Assembly (NCBI RefSeq): GCF_006345805.1
Contig: NC_043003.1
Span: 108,562,001 to 108,626,000, forward strand
Origin: Octopus sinensis
Lineage: Eukaryota
Direction: 5' to 3'
Length of the DNA stretch: 64,000 bases
The notes beneath the pieces were generated by a model. The model was not told the origin of the DNA. It worked only from the letters and a program-made list of their open reading frames with translations, and did no database searches. The position numbers and the translations under genes were made by a program. This document shows, piece after piece, positions 21,904 to 36,190 of the stretch; the stretch's first letter is position 1; each line of letters opens with the position of its first letter.

Positions 21904-24900
21904 CAGGTGGTGGTGGTGGTGGTGGTAACAAGGATTCTTAGTACCGAGTCCCAATACACGGGAAAGCAAACATGACTTTTAACATTGTTAGGTGACGAAT
22001 CCAAGAGGAAGTGGTAAAGATTGATCTTAGGATGCTGAAAGTGACGAAAGAAGTAGTGAAAGGTTATTCTGGTAACAGATCTGTCCAATCCATGCTAGTA
22101 AGAAAAAAACAGGTGTAAAAAGGATGTACAGGGCTAGAAAGTTTATAGGAAAAAAAAAAAAAATCATTATTTCAAACAATTAGAAATATATGAATGATAC
22201 AGTTGCATCTACCTGAAGTAATGCAAGTCAAAGTCAACCTCAGTTGTATTTCAGACGTTGCCATTGCAGCTACACGAAATGTAGTTGTAATGGTTATTGA
22301 AGGCAGGTGATGTGCATTTTCTTTAGATTATTGGAGAAGATGTTTTCATTAATATTAGTTTTATGTAATTTTGAAATAAATATTTTGGAGATGTACCTTT
22401 TAGCCATTCAAAAACAGAGAAACTGTTAAGTTCACTTAAACATTTGTTTATTGGTGCCAAAAGTTTTGGTGCACTAACTGCCCCTGGTTACTGACACAAT
22501 AATTTTGTACTGAATAATAAATGCTTAAGAAAAAAATAACAGTTTCTGAGTATTTCTTGAATGGTTACTATGCATCTTCCATGCTCTAATTGTTGAAATA
22601 AAAATATTTCGCTGGCCAACAAAAACTTAAAAACAAAAAACAAAAACAAGTCTCATGAATTATTGTGATAAGCTTTAAGAACAAGAAAGATAACTCTTGG
22701 TTTGACTTACGTATCTTGAAGTACAAAGTTCTTATTTTAGGAATGGTCTAAGAGGGAAATTATGACAATGATAACTTTCAAAATGACAGCAAAATCATAA
22801 GTGAAATGGTGTAAGGAGTAACAAATATGTTGCATCTCACGAGGAACTTACACCTTTCATTTAAACCCGTTTATTACCATATTTTCTCTGTACATATTGA
22901 TAAGGAAAAGTGTTGATTTAGAATTAAAATTTTAATGAAAATCATATAAAATGTAATGCTTTTCCAGCCACAATTATACAGGTTTTTTTTCACTAGCCAG
23001 TTAAGGTGAGACAGTCACGTGACAACTTGCTGGGGCTGCCTGCTGGAGCCTAGCAGCAGGTATTTAAAGGGAAAAATTTGACAAGTCAGTCAGTCACTGG
23101 CTGATGATACATCGAAGAGGCCAGGGAACAGAAGAAAGAAGAAATGCACCCAACACCAGAGCTGAAGACACCTCCAAAAGGGGGAGCCCCGCCACGTCAA
23201 AACGGTAGAGGAGTAGGGGCCGAAACCAGACATGGTTCCTCCTGATGATGTCTTGAGCTAACTGGATCCTATAAAGGAGCTGTTGTGGTAGCAGACCACA
23301 AAACACGGTTGTAATTCCCCCATCTGACCTGTTTTGAACAAGTCAGTTCTAGCATAATCCCTTGACTTTTTCCTTCATTACTTCTTCAGGATTCATCCAC
23401 CTGGATCACACAATCCATTGCCACCTGCCTGACATCCTTATTACACTACAACTGGTTTTTCTAATGTCTATTTTTCCTTTTCCCTCATCTGTCTTCCATC
23501 ATTTATTCACACTAACACACAACATCAGAGTTTCTTTCTTTTTTTCAGCCTTCACAAATCCAATCAGAGCTCATGTCTTACTACCATGGTAGTATTGCAC
23601 AGAGGCATCATAGTCTTACCATCTCTTGAAGCAACCTTTTTTGTCAACAAAATCAATAATTCCCTAAGTCTTTTCTACATCCTTCCATGATTTTGTAACA
23701 TTCACTTCTGCTGTTGATTGGAGAACTTCAATAATAGAAGCCAAGTTCTAGAAAACCTACCGAACAATTGGAATAAAAACTACTTCATACTAGTAGCTAC
23801 TTTAACAGTTCTTCCCCGTCAGCTTGCTTGATATAATGCTGCACCCAGTTTACATTGGGTACACAGTGTAAAGTTATGAATCATTTCCTTTATGATAGGA
23901 TATTCACTCAGCTGTAGAAATGAGTTGCAGCCTCAATGGTGCCTTTGCCTTTCCCTTGAATAACATCAGTGGTGTGGAGAGGCTGGTATGCATGGGTGAT
24001 TGCTGTCTTCCACAAACAGTCTGGACTTGTACCTTGGAAGGGAACTTTCCTGGTGCAATCCCATGGTCATTCATGACCGAAGGGGGTCTTTTTCCATATA
24101 TATAGTCACACACACTTTAGGTTTGTTTGAGTTTCTGCCTATCAAATCCACTCACAAGGCTTTTGTTGACCTGGAGCTGTAAAAGACACTCATCCAAGGT
24201 GCCATGCAGTGGGACTGAACCAAAGACACCCTGTGAGGAAGCAAGTACCAAAAAAAAGTTTTCTTTTTTCAAGAAACCACCAGGAGACTTTTTTGAGATT
24301 ATATTTCTAACAACATACACTACCTATATGTTGCAATTAATTTTGAAAATAAGTATTTTGGAATTTCTTACACAAAATTGGTTTTAATATAAACAGGAAA
24401 TTTAAAAAATAAGTCTTGTATCGTCATTAAAAGGTGGTTTGAAATTAAAAAAGAGAAAGAGGGGAAAAAAACTATTTTGGACCAGAGACATATACAAGGT
24501 TCCAGGAATGCAAACTTGTAATTTCATAACATAATTCCAAGAGAAGGAAGTAAAGAAAAAAAAAACACAGAAAATGAAAGACAAGATGACACAGAGACAG
24601 AACAGCTTTTATTATAGTTAATATTGTAAAAAAAAAAGTCAAACAAATTTGTTTCACTTTCAAGTATGAATTATCTTTTTTGTATTGGAAAAAAAAAGTT
24701 CATTTTTTTTTCTCTTAATTATTTAAAACAATTGTTTTACAAACATGGCAAAAAAAAAAAAAATCTGTGGAATATATAACATCTGAGGTGTGTAATACAC
24801 AGATACTCTCTCACGCACACAAGCCATTTTTCTTTCTTTTTATTTAATTCTTTTTTTAAAATTTTTTTTTATTTTTTACATAAGCTTTTTTGCTTGGATC

Positions 24901-25149
24901 CAGATATCATAATAAATGACTAAGGCTTTTTATTTTTTTTTATCAAATACGTATTTTTTGTTTTTAATCCGCTGTCACTTTTCAGAATAACATTTACTGT
25001 CATGTGACCATCGAAGACACCGAAATCAATTTTTCTTTTGAGCTTTCATAAAATAAAGCGGGACAACAGCACAATGTGTGACTCGACGACAGAGACAAGG
25101 CTGAATGATTATATTGATAAATCAACATTTTCATCACTAACTATCTCTC

Positions 25150-26410
25150 AATAATAATGGTTTCTGATTTAGGCACAGGGCCAGCAATTTTGAAAGGGAG
25201 GGTTTTAGTTGATTATATTGACTCCAGTACTTGACTGGTATTTTATAGACCCCAGAGGGGATGAAAGGCAAAGATGACCATAGCAGTATTTGAACTTTGA
25301 ATGTAAAATGTCAGAACAAACATTGCCAGGTAATTTTTCTGACACTCCACCAATTCTTCTAATCTACTGCCCTAATAATTTCTTACACTGGCACAAAACC
25401 ACAAATTTATAGGGGGAAGAGTAAAGCCATTGATTGAATTGCACCCACCCTCCCACCCATCCATTAATACTTGACCAGTACTTTATCTTATCAACCCTGG
25501 AAGGATAAAAGGCAAAGTCAAGCCAGGGCATGATTTGAACTCAAAATGTAGAGGCAAAGAACTTTTGTAAAGCACTACAAGTTCTGCCAACTCAACAGGG
25601 TTTCTTCATTTGTCTAGGCACAAAGGACCTATGATTTAAATAGAGGGGAATATATTACACAACATTCCTTACACAACCCAATGGAATTAAGTGATGTAAA
25701 GTTAATTTGTGTCAACTGGGAAGAATCAAATCTGGATTTTAGACACAGCTTACTAGAAGTGTGCACTTAGCCTTACAACACTAATAATCATTAATAACAA
25801 CAATAATCCTTTGTAATATAGGCACAAGGCCTAAAATTTGAGAGAATGGGGCTAGTTGATTACATCGACCCCGGTGTTCAACTGGTACCTGTAATAGATC
25901 TTGAAAGGATGAAAAGCAAAGATGACTTTGACAAAATTAGAACTAAGAATGTAAAGACGAAACGCTGCTAAGCATTTTGTCTGGCATAATAATAATAATA
26001 AAAATGATTTCAAATTTTGACACAAGGCCAGTAATTTTGGGGGAGGGGGTAAATCAGTTACATCGACCCTGAAAGGATGAAAAGCAAAGTTGACCTCAGT
26101 GGAATTTGAACTTAGACTGTAAAGGTGGATGATATACTGCTAAGCATTTTCCTTGGCACAAGAATGATTCTGTCAGCTCACCACCTGAATAATTTACCAA
26201 ATTAGGGCACAGCCATGAATTTTGAAGGAGGTGGGTCGTTGTCAATTTAATCACATCAATATATGTGACTATGCCACCCCAACATGAGGGATGAAATGAG
26301 AAAAGCTGCCCCTTGGTGGGATTTGAGTCCAGACAGTTAAAGGGATGTAACTGAACACTGCAAGGTATATTTAGCCAGGTATCTACTTCTACCATCCACT
26401 GACCTTAATA
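25150..26410 (-). mobile_element. Head-to-tail array of 5-6 Meta-type SINEs separated by (AAT)n
   Basis: Recurrent GGCACAAGGCC...GGATGAAAGGCAAAG...TTTGAACT units. Confidence 0.8.
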
Positions 26411-26627
26411 ACAATCAGTTCTCCATAGATATAGAGGAAGATAAAAAGGAAAAGCAACATAAGAGTAACCAAATACATTTATATAATATGTGTATAGAAC
26501 ACAAATATATATTTCAAAGATGCACTTGTCTGGCAAGAGATTTGATCGAAGACCATGTGTTGGAACTAAAACAATTACAATGTGTAAGACACATTAGCCA
26601 TTCAAAAACTCAAAAACTTCACTTCAC

Positions 26628-26831
26628 TTAACCCTTTTCTTACTTTGTTTCTAAAATATTCTTTGTTTCAATTCATTTTTAAAATAATGAAGCAAAAAGT
26701 AAATTAACTTTATTATTAATCTGGTACTTTGAAATTATAATGGTAGAATTTGATTCAGATTTCTTTAAGAATGGAAGTTGTGTTAAATGAAAACAGGGAG
26801 GTTTTAGGTTGGTTGATATCAAAAAGGCTAA
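26628..26831. mobile_element. Degenerate TTAA/CCCTTT MITE (piggyBac-like)
   Basis: TTAA-CCCTTTT ... GATATCAAAAAGGCTAA; relatives at ~36860-37079 and ~51575-51800. Confidence 0.5.
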
Positions 26832-27151
26832 ACATTCATTTTGTGTTAAAATTTTCATCACACTAACCGCAATCAGGTCAGACTGACTCAGTTTCACCAG
26901 CAGTGACCAAGTCACAGCTAGTGATTTTCACACCAAATATTAAATGTTTAATTGAAGTTAACAACAGTTTTTGAATGGCTAATAATTGTCTTCCACACTG
27001 TAATTGATGTAGACATACATGAATATATATATACATACATATATGTATATATAATAACAATAATAATAAAGGGTAAGATTAATTAATTAATTAATCATTT
27101 TACCAAGTAGTTCGGCATGTTAAAAGAACCATTATCAGTAAACTTAAACAA

Positions 27152-27349
27152 AAATTCTTATAATTATGAGTATAATTATAATTAGGGTTCAGCAAAAAAT
27201 TTGTTTCACCACATACCGAAATTTAGAAATAGCAGCCAAAACTAGCTATTTCTCTACCATAAGAAAATCTCCAGATGAGAGATTTTCGGTATGTGGTGAA
27301 GCAAATTTTTTGCTGAACCCTAATAATAATTATACTCATAATTATAAGA

Positions 27350-27353
<4 letters not shown>
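27152..27353. repeat. 70-bp inverted repeat enclosing two small hairpins
   Basis: Arms at 27152-27221 and 27284-27353; adjacent (TA)n. Confidence 0.85.
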
Positions 27354-27414
<61 letters not shown>

Positions 27415-28220
27415 AACACACATTATTTTTGTAGATTAACAAGGTAACCAATGGTTTCATGTAGAGAAGATCTCCACAATTATTCAAGTGATCCACTTGT
27501 GAATGTTGGTATTCATCTCCATTAGTTGCCTTGATGATTCACAAACGAATATTTCTCTTATATTTATGATAAGCACTCTTCTCATTAGTCACTACTAGTA
27601 GCCAAAAGACATCTTTTTTCTTGCCACAAAAATTCAAAATAATGCATAGACTGAAGTAAATACAAAAGTTTTTGACTATACTTCAAGCATCATCAAGTCA
27701 TAATTGAATAATACAAGATTGCATAATATATATTTTTATATTCATGATTTTACACTTGAAGGGGACTAATTTAAGTTACCCTATTCAAAATTTAGGTTAA
27801 TTTATATGTAAATTATAGGACAATAAAATTTAAAAAACAGCACAAACAAATACATAAATGGTGCTTCTCATATGAAACATTAATCCATAAGGATTCTGGA
27901 TTATTCTGTTAATTTTTTTGGAATGGAACTGGATGATGGGTGAGGGTCAGCCGATTGGCACAATGGATTAGACCAATGGTTCTCTTATAGTGCATTTCAA
28001 GCTGAGGATGGGGTACCATCTAGGTGCACGATGAATTTTTAAAAATGTAATTCAAAGCTTCAGAAAATCCGTTCTAAAGGTTAAGCATCTTTAAAAAAAT
28101 GTGTCGGTCATAATTTTATTATACACAAGTATGATTCGCAAAACAAGGTAAGGAAGTCGGTTTTTTCGTTTTTTTCAAATTTTTTTTTTTAATTCCCCAA
28201 TTGAATTTGAAGAGTACCAG

Positions 28221-28283
<63 letters not shown>

Positions 28284-29428
28284 CTTTCTTTGGTCTTCAA
28301 TGTGTGACAAAGTCAAAAAAGATTTACAAGAACTGGGTTAGACTCTTGGAACCATTCATAAAAAAGTATGGTTTAATCCCTGTTCACAAATTTTAATTCA
28401 ATGATTTTTACATCATTTTGTTTTTGTTTTTCAAAATGTACAAAAAGTGGATGGATCTGAAAATATAAAAAAACTTTATTAATGTAACTTCTCACATTGT
28501 AACTTGACCTGCCTGAAGTAACAGTCAAGCTTCCCCAGAATCAAACTCCTCACCATCTCTAAAAATGGAAACCCAAATATCTTCAGCAGGTTTTGAAGGA
28601 GTCAACATTTTAACTGTGCTCGATAGAATTTATAAAATATAAAATATCTCATATTTAACTTTAATATATGGCAAGTTATCCTAAGTGAAAGAATTGCAGT
28701 TGGCCAAACAGTTAAAGAGCTAACTTGCTGAAGGCTCAATAATTTGTGTCTGCTGCTAACATTTCATCTTCAAATACCCAGTCCACTAAGATGTAAATAG
28801 ATACCATGAGGTGGTACAACTCACTGGTGCAAACAAGAATACTGTTTCTTAACTGGTTTTCTTTTTTTTTGTTTCCAATACAGGGAATAAAATCTTTCCT
28901 CAGTGCCAGAGAAAACAGGTGTACCATTTCCAAAATAATCCAGAGGATATTTCAATTAAAGTGTCACCTTTGAATTATGGCCACTCAATGTGCCATGCCA
29001 TGGATGAATTAATCCACACAGTAGGAGTGAAAGTCAAAATTTCATCACTCTACTTAGCAAACAACAATACCAAAAGCAGACCCATCTAGAATTCACGACA
29101 GCAACATAGTGAGGTATGAGCAACTAAATATTGAGAGAAACATCACATTACACATTTCTAAATGACTTTGTAATATTTGAAAGAGTAACAAAGAATAATG
29201 CCATAGTACTTCTTGGTTGATTCTCAAAATCTAAGAAGGATGAGCTGTTGAGACATTTCTAGAAGCATGTAGCTTCAGGAAGAAAAGTTTGAAGACAAAC
29301 AGTTGGCTGTGAGTAGAGAAATTAATCATTAGGGTTGAAATAGGGGCAGCAGTAGTGAGGTGAGGAACCAATTGTAACTGCAAAGCATGGGAAGTTCTCT
29401 AAAAGTTTGCTGCTACTTTCTTGATTAA

Positions 29429-29628
29429 CCCTTTAGCATTTTAATCAGCCACACCTGGTCCAAATTTTCTACTGACTTTTTGTTCAAACTGACCAGACCC
29501 TGCCTCTGACATTTTCCCTAAACAATCACATCTTTGAAATTTCAGAGCTATGAGATAATACAGGATTAATTTAATAGAATGTAATAAATAACTAATACAT
29601 TTGACAAAGTAATCTGAATGCTAAAGGG
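29429..29628. mobile_element. piggyBac-like MITE
   Basis: TIR CCCTTTAGCATT/AATGCTAAAGGG with TTAA on both sides. Confidence 0.8.
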
Positions 29629-29639
29629 TTAAGGTATAC

Positions 29640-29800
29640 CAAACAACCCTGTTCAGGTCATCTTGAATTGCCTGATGTATCTCCAGGGATACAGGCATCC
29701 AGCAACAGGACCTCCGTAATGCTATGATGGACCGTGAAGTCTGGCGTAACATAGTAAATTCCATTGTCTCGACTACGGTCAAACAATGATGATGATGATT
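29640..29800 (+). mobile_element. RTE-clade LINE extreme 3' end
   Basis: DTGIQQQDLRNAMMDREVWRNIV... followed by a (TGA)n tail. Confidence 0.7.
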
Positions 29801-32800
29801 GAATTGCCAAGACTTGAGATTAATCCAGTTGATGTATGCAATAATTATTACTTGCATATGGTTTTGTATGCATACATACATACATATATGCATGTACACA
29901 CATGCATATAGACAGACACATATGTTACACACAAAGTTATCAAAGTCGATGGAATAACTGAAAAACATGTAACATGTTACAGAAATTAATAAACTTTATT
30001 TTTTTATAAAAAAAAAAAAAGAAAAAGTTAACAGTTTCCTGTAGAATTACAAATTGATCAATTAACAGGAAGACTTCAAAGCCACAAACAGCTGAGATAT
30101 AAATTTATGATTTTCATTTCTGTTACTTTGGGAAACCGTTTTTACAAATAAAAATTACAAAATACACATTTTTTGTTTCTCAATACTTGATGTTATATAT
30201 ATGTATATATACATATCTCAAATATTAGTTAACAATACAGAAAACATACATTTATATAACAGGAGATTTGGAATATTGTACAGTTCTCTACTAGTTTATT
30301 CTGGTCACATTGGCTATCTCTTCCTTACAAGACTGACTCTTAACTGAACTGACGAGCCTTTTGCATGCCTTCAGATCAGGCCATGTACAGCACACACCTC
30401 TTCCACTCTGCTTTAAGTACACAAAACTAGGCATACATATGTTTGAACAACTCTAGTCTACAATAAATCATAGATTGTTGGCCTAATTTATTTATTATTT
30501 GATAACCAAGCATCTAATGAAGTTACACTTAAAAACAATCTAGCTTCAATCTATGATCTAATATTATATATACTACACCTCATATCCCCACAACTAAATA
30601 GTGTGTTACCTTTCAAATGATATGGCAGTGACAAGGAACAAACATTTTAAGCAACAGAATCTTATGTTTTGCAAACACAATAATAACATCAAGAACCACA
30701 TAAACTGGGTATCAGCACCAAACTTGTTTGTGTTGAAACCAGCAATGGAATTTCACAAAATTTTCTTTAAGTGCTCAGTAGATGAGACTATTTATGTTCC
30801 ACCATAAATTCTGTCTTTGAAGTAGGGGCTTCATTAATTTAAATCCATCTTTGGACAGCCAAGACTAACAAATATGAAATGGTCATGGTTAAAGTGATAA
30901 TGATGAAACAATTCTTGGATCTAAGCACTATAGGTCTGCAAGAGCAGAACAGATCGGTAGCCAAAGAACAAGTCTATATATCAAAGCAACTAGGTAATGC
31001 ACCATACAATAATAACACCATTGCATAGCTGCAACTAGGCCCAACATTTAAAAGATATCCATATTAATTTCAGTTTTCATCTAAATCTGAAAGTCATTTG
31101 AGAAATTATTTCAACATTTTGCAATTTGTACTGGTCGTTGATTGACACCATTACATTTTGTAGTAGGAAAATCCCCGGTAAATTCACATACAAAATTAAC
31201 TTTTTCTGAGTCTCAATTTTTATGTTACATTAATATTATCTCGCATCATTAGTATAATGAATGCTAAAGAGTTAATTTATCAAAAGATTGAAGTATTAGC
31301 AGTAAAGAAAATCATCCTTAAAGCAGTTAGAATGTATGCCTTATGACCGATTCATAGAGAGTTTAAATGTGTCTAGTTAGCCTTTGTTAAACAAAATTCA
31401 ACTTATTGGACATTGTTAAATACTAAAACAACAAAATGCAAATATTAATAACATGGAAGTAAGAACATGTGATAACTATTTTTTTAACATTTTAGAATAC
31501 AGGGTGGATATACCTTGGAATTAGTCAGGGCTAATAAATCAAAGCTTTGTTGTTAACAGATTAAATAAATCAACAAGACAGAAGAAAATTGGAAACAGAG
31601 ACAGACAGACAGACATTCACACATAGCCATTACATATATTTTACAATAAGAAAAACTTCCTTATTTTTTCACAGCTTCAAAGAGACAGTGGAAAACAAAA
31701 GCAAAATAAAAATATAAAACAAACAAAATGTTCTGTAAATAAAAATAAGGATGGTGTATTGTACAATTAGATTTCTAAATAGCATACAGATTAACAACTG
31801 TACAGGAATACATCAAATCATTGTTGAATAGAATAAATAATAATTTAATTGTTCTGTTTGTTAAGAGTGTGTGTGTGCATGCATGAGTGTGTGTGTGGAG
31901 CATGTTGTTCTTTCCTAGTACTGAGATATGAATCAATCAAAAAATAGATTTGGATGTTAGGTTTATAATTGTGTTAGTAAATTAGTTGATTTTTTTTATA
32001 TTTTAACTTTGGTTTTAAACCAAATTTTGAAAGGAATGAGTTGGCAATTTCATAAGGGGATGTATATAAAAACAAAACAAAAAGAGAGATAATTAAAAAA
32101 TCAGTTTTTTTTTAATGATAAATGAACGTTAACATCCTCCCAGGTTATTTTTCCTTGCAGTTGATATTTTTAAAAAAATTTACCATTATTATTATTATTT
32201 TTTTTGTTAACAGGAAATAAGTTTTGGTTGTGAGGGCAGCGGTGGTATTTTCAAGATTTTATTCACTGGGTGGATAACTGAAGATATCAACAGTTTACAA
32301 GAGTATGAGATGAAAGATCATTGTCAAATGTCTTTAACAAACTAAGAACATAGAATAACTTACTCAACATTAAAGAAATGGAATGCTTTTAGAAAACTGC
32401 CAACTATTTTTTTCTTTGTATACACCTGGTCTTTAACCAAGCCATACAAAATTTGTATGCTTGTGTGTAAACACTAACACACAAACATACACACATTTAT
32501 ATATCTCTATATATATGTCTGTTTGTATATGTTTAAAAACTGTTTATATAATCACACACAAATCAAAGGAAAAAGAATTGAAAAAAAAATATGAAAAATA
32601 AAAATAAAAACCCGAACAATAATAGAAATAAAAAAAAATTTAAATATTAATCAATAATGATAATAATAATAATAATAATAATACAAGCCCCACCCGTCCC
32701 CTGTACTACTGTTGTTAAATTTATTTTCAGTAATGTGGCTAAGCAAGGATGACATCAAAAAATATTTTACAAACACATTCTTCGTTTGTTTCTGTACACA

Positions 32801-32891
32801 AATGTGAGAGCAGTTGTAACATCAACCAATACCATCGAACGCAATGGATTGGAGCAGTTTGAAAATCAATGCAAATATAAATATAATTATA

Positions 32892-32940
<49 letters not shown>

Positions 32941-33133
32941 GAACGTGTGTGTGTGCACATGTAATTTGAACTATGAACAAGTTGAGGAAAATTCAATCCA
33001 CTCAGTAGAGTTGACATGTTTTTATTCCAAGAAAGTTCATTGGTATTGCTGTAACCATTATTTTAAAGATGATCTCGGACTAAGAATTTCTACAGATGGC
33101 ATTTCAAAGGAGAAAGCATTCTATAGTGAAATG

Positions 33134-33199
33134 CTATCTGAAGACAGACATAGCCAGACCCCAAACTATCTGAAGACAGACATAGCCAGACCCCAAACT
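33134..33199. repeat. 32-bp tandem duplication
   Basis: CTATCTGAAGACAGACATAGCCAGACCCCAAA twice. Confidence 0.9.
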
Positions 33200-33949
33200 T
33201 TAAAATAAAGGTTACCGTTTAAGTCAACTTCCACTATTTCACCTATATATATATATATATTATATATATATATATATATAATTTGGTTTCATAGATTCTG
33301 TTCCTCCTCTTTCGGACAGCAGAGATTTTCATGTGACAGAGGTCAAAGGTTATATCAAATTTGATTCCAGTGTATAAAAAGGAGGCAGGACTGTTGGCAA
33401 CTCTCTCTTCTTGGAGTAAAACCTGCTGATGACACCTTAGTAGAATTAGCCAAGCACTCAGCAGATACCAAACTCTAAATATCACCATCATCATCATCAT
33501 AATCAGGAATGCTCAGCATATAGAAATGAAATTTTTTTCTCTTTCAGTTCTGAAAAAGCATAATCGTTAAAGAAAATGTCTGTACTTTGTCTTATTCGAG
33601 CATTTTCAGCTTGTTTTGGAGTTTTTATATACTCATATATATATATATATATATATACTCATATATATATATATATACACTCATATATATATATGAGAAC
33701 ATAAATATTTGTGTGTATCTCTGAAGGAATTACACGGGACAGATCTTCAGCTGTTTTGAGATGCATTAGATTAAATGTTTTAGAGTTATTAGTGGGAGGG
33801 TAGAAGAGGGGACAGGAAGGCATGATGAAAATCAAAGAAAAAGCATAAATAAACTGGAAAGAGGGGATTATTGTGAAGATGAAAGAGCAAACGCTACTAT
33901 TGATGTCTAAGTTAGTAATAATAATAATAATAATAATAATAATGATAAT

Positions 33950-34650
33950 TGTAATTTTAGCACAAGGCCAGCAATTTTAAGAGAAGGGAGCTAGTCGATT
34001 ACATTGACCCCAGTGTAACTTGATTGATACATTATTTTATTGACCCCCACCAAAAGGACGAAAGGCAAAGTTGACCATGGCAGTATTTGAATGTAGAACG
34101 TAAAGAGCCAAAAGAAACACCACTAGGCATCGCTAACAACTCTGCCAGTTTGCTTGCTTCCATAATAATAATAATCCTTTCTACTATAGGAACAAGGTCT
34201 GAAATTTTAGGGGAGAGAGCCTTGTTGATTACATTGATCCCAATACATGACTGGTACTTTATTTTATCCACCCCGAAAGAAAGGCAAAGTTGATTTTGGC
34301 AGTATTTGAACTCAAAGCATAAAGGGCCAGACGAACTGTCACTAAGCATAAAGGGCCAGACGAACTCTCACTAAGCATTTGGTTCAATGTGCTAAGGCGT
34401 CTGCCAGCTTTCTGCCTTAAAACTAATAATGATAATAATAATCTTTCTTATTATAGGCACAAGCCTGGAATTTGGTGGAAGGGGATTGAGTCGATATCAC
34501 TGACCCCAGAGTTTCACTGCAACTTAAATTTATTGACCCTCAAAGGATGAAAGGCAAAGTCAACCTCAGCAGAATTTGAACTCAGAACGTAATGATGGAT
34601 GGAATGCCACTAAGCATTTCATCCAGTGTGCTAACAATTCTGCCAATCCA
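33950..34650 (-). mobile_element. Head-to-tail array of three Meta-type SINEs
   Basis: Three co-oriented units separated by (AAT)n; the middle copy has a 29-bp tandem duplication at ~34315-34378. Confidence 0.8.
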
Positions 34651-34716
34651 AGAATCAACATCACAATCTTATGATCCTGAGTCCAGCACCCTAACCACTA
34701 AGCCATGTGCCTCCAC

Positions 34717-34748
<32 letters not shown>

Positions 34749-34961
34749 TGATGATGTTGACTGATGATGATGATGATGGCGATGAAATAAATGAAATTTA
34801 GAAATGATGTCTGTGTATATCAGTGCATCCTGCACAGTGATTGTTGTTTTCATTCAGTTTTTTGTACTTCTCTTTCCCCAGTCAGAGTGTCCTGGGGTTG
34901 TAATAAATCAGTGAACTGTGAGTTGGTGGGAGAGGAAAAGGGAGTGAGAAGAGGAGCAGTT

Positions 34962-35120
34962 TCAAACCCAGGAGTCTGCATTTCCGGGATTTTCAAAGTG
35001 ATACTCGGAACTGTTCTGTGTCGGGTTGGAACTCTCCTGGGCATTTCTTGCTGAAGATCTGTTTACTTGTGCATATAGGGGTTCACCATGGGAGTTAACC
35101 AGTGTCAACGGTTGAGGCTC
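34962..35120 (-). CDS. CTNND2: Terminal coding exon of a delta-catenin/p120-family protein
   Basis: Acceptor CTTATTTCTTTTCAG, phase 0, 52 aa EPQPLTLVNSHGEPLYAQVNR...NPGNADSWV*. C-terminal DSWV is characteristic of delta-catenin/ARVCF/p0071. No armadillo exons lie in the window, so the name rests on this motif alone. Confidence 0.65.
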   Translation of the reverse strand, partial: EPQPLTLVNSHGEPLYAQVNRSSARNAQESSNPTQNSSEYHFENPGNADSWV

Positions 35121-35679
35121 CTGAAAAGAAATAAGATTATAATATAGCATCATCATCATCATCATCAATTTAATGTCTACTTTTTCATGCTTGCATGGGT
35201 TAGATGGGACTTTGTCCAGATGTTTTTCTTTTTTTACAGCTGATGCTTCTCCTCTTACATTTGAAACCTTTTTGTCCCCATATTTCTGTTGAAATACACA
35301 GCCTTTCTTTCAATTAATTTTCAAAGTAATTAACATAACTACTGCCTAGTGTGGCTGTCCCTTAAGAGACAACAACACAACCATTTAACCCCAGGAAGAC
35401 GTCTCCAGCTGGTTCATTCAGTGCACTTCTTGCAACCAATATTTATTGTAAGCGGGAGATAACTCTTGTCACACTTGCTTCAAGACCACCAGACCATGTG
35501 GTTTCGATCTGCATTGGATCTCCTTGGTGGTGAATACTTAGTCAAGCATGGCAGCAGTTTACATCATTTGCAATATATATATAAAAAAAAGTGTCATACA
35601 ATCACTGATTTTATATTTTTATTAAGCAGGGTGTTGGAGACATAATATACTATGATGGAAACTTTTTACTTATATATAA

Positions 35680-36190
35680 TAATGAAATTATTGTATACAG
35701 TGCTCAGGGGCACCACAACTTGTCAAAAAGTGTGTATAAAGTATATGCAGTAATGTACAAATGTCTGGGAAGTGAACAGTGTATGAGTCAGATACATGCT
35801 TGCGTGTGTATGGAGGGGAGAAAATCAGGTGTAGTGTTGGCGAATCACAGGAAGCATGGAAGTTTTGAAGGATGCAGTGCTCCGACAACTAACAACTGAT
35901 GCCGGCAGTCTGTTCCATGCTTCAGCAACTCTTAGCGTGAAAAAATGTTTCCGAAAGTCATGGGAGCTGTGCTGTTTTCTGACTTTGTAAACATGTCCAT
36001 AGGTGTTAGACAGGTGAAGTTTGAAAAGGTGCTCAGAGTTATTATTTGTAAGATGGTTAATAATTTTATGGGTGTCTGCCAAGTCAGCTGCCAGATGTTG
36101 GAATTTCAATGTATCCATGCCCAGGGAAGTAAGGCGTTCAGAATATGGCAGATGCCTGATGGAGGGTATTCTCTTGGTTGCACGTTGAAC
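35680..36190 (-). mobile_element. CR1-group LINE 3' fragment (intronic)
   Basis: ORF 35825-36118 GHVYKVRKQHS...RKHFFTLRVAEAWNRLP; (ATT)n-like tail. Confidence 0.85.

Larger units (their letters stand above)
29975..34961 (-). other. Putative long 3' UTR of the delta-catenin-like gene
   Basis: Follows the stop at 34962. U-rich, TE-free block at ~29990-32880. AATAAA (minus) at 29995-30000, with further candidates at 28475-28480 and 24608-24613. Confidence 0.4.

Noticed and set aside
27262-27290. CAGATGA loop as a hammerhead core
   Set aside because: It is the loop of a simple hairpin; no GAAA/NUH in the right topology.
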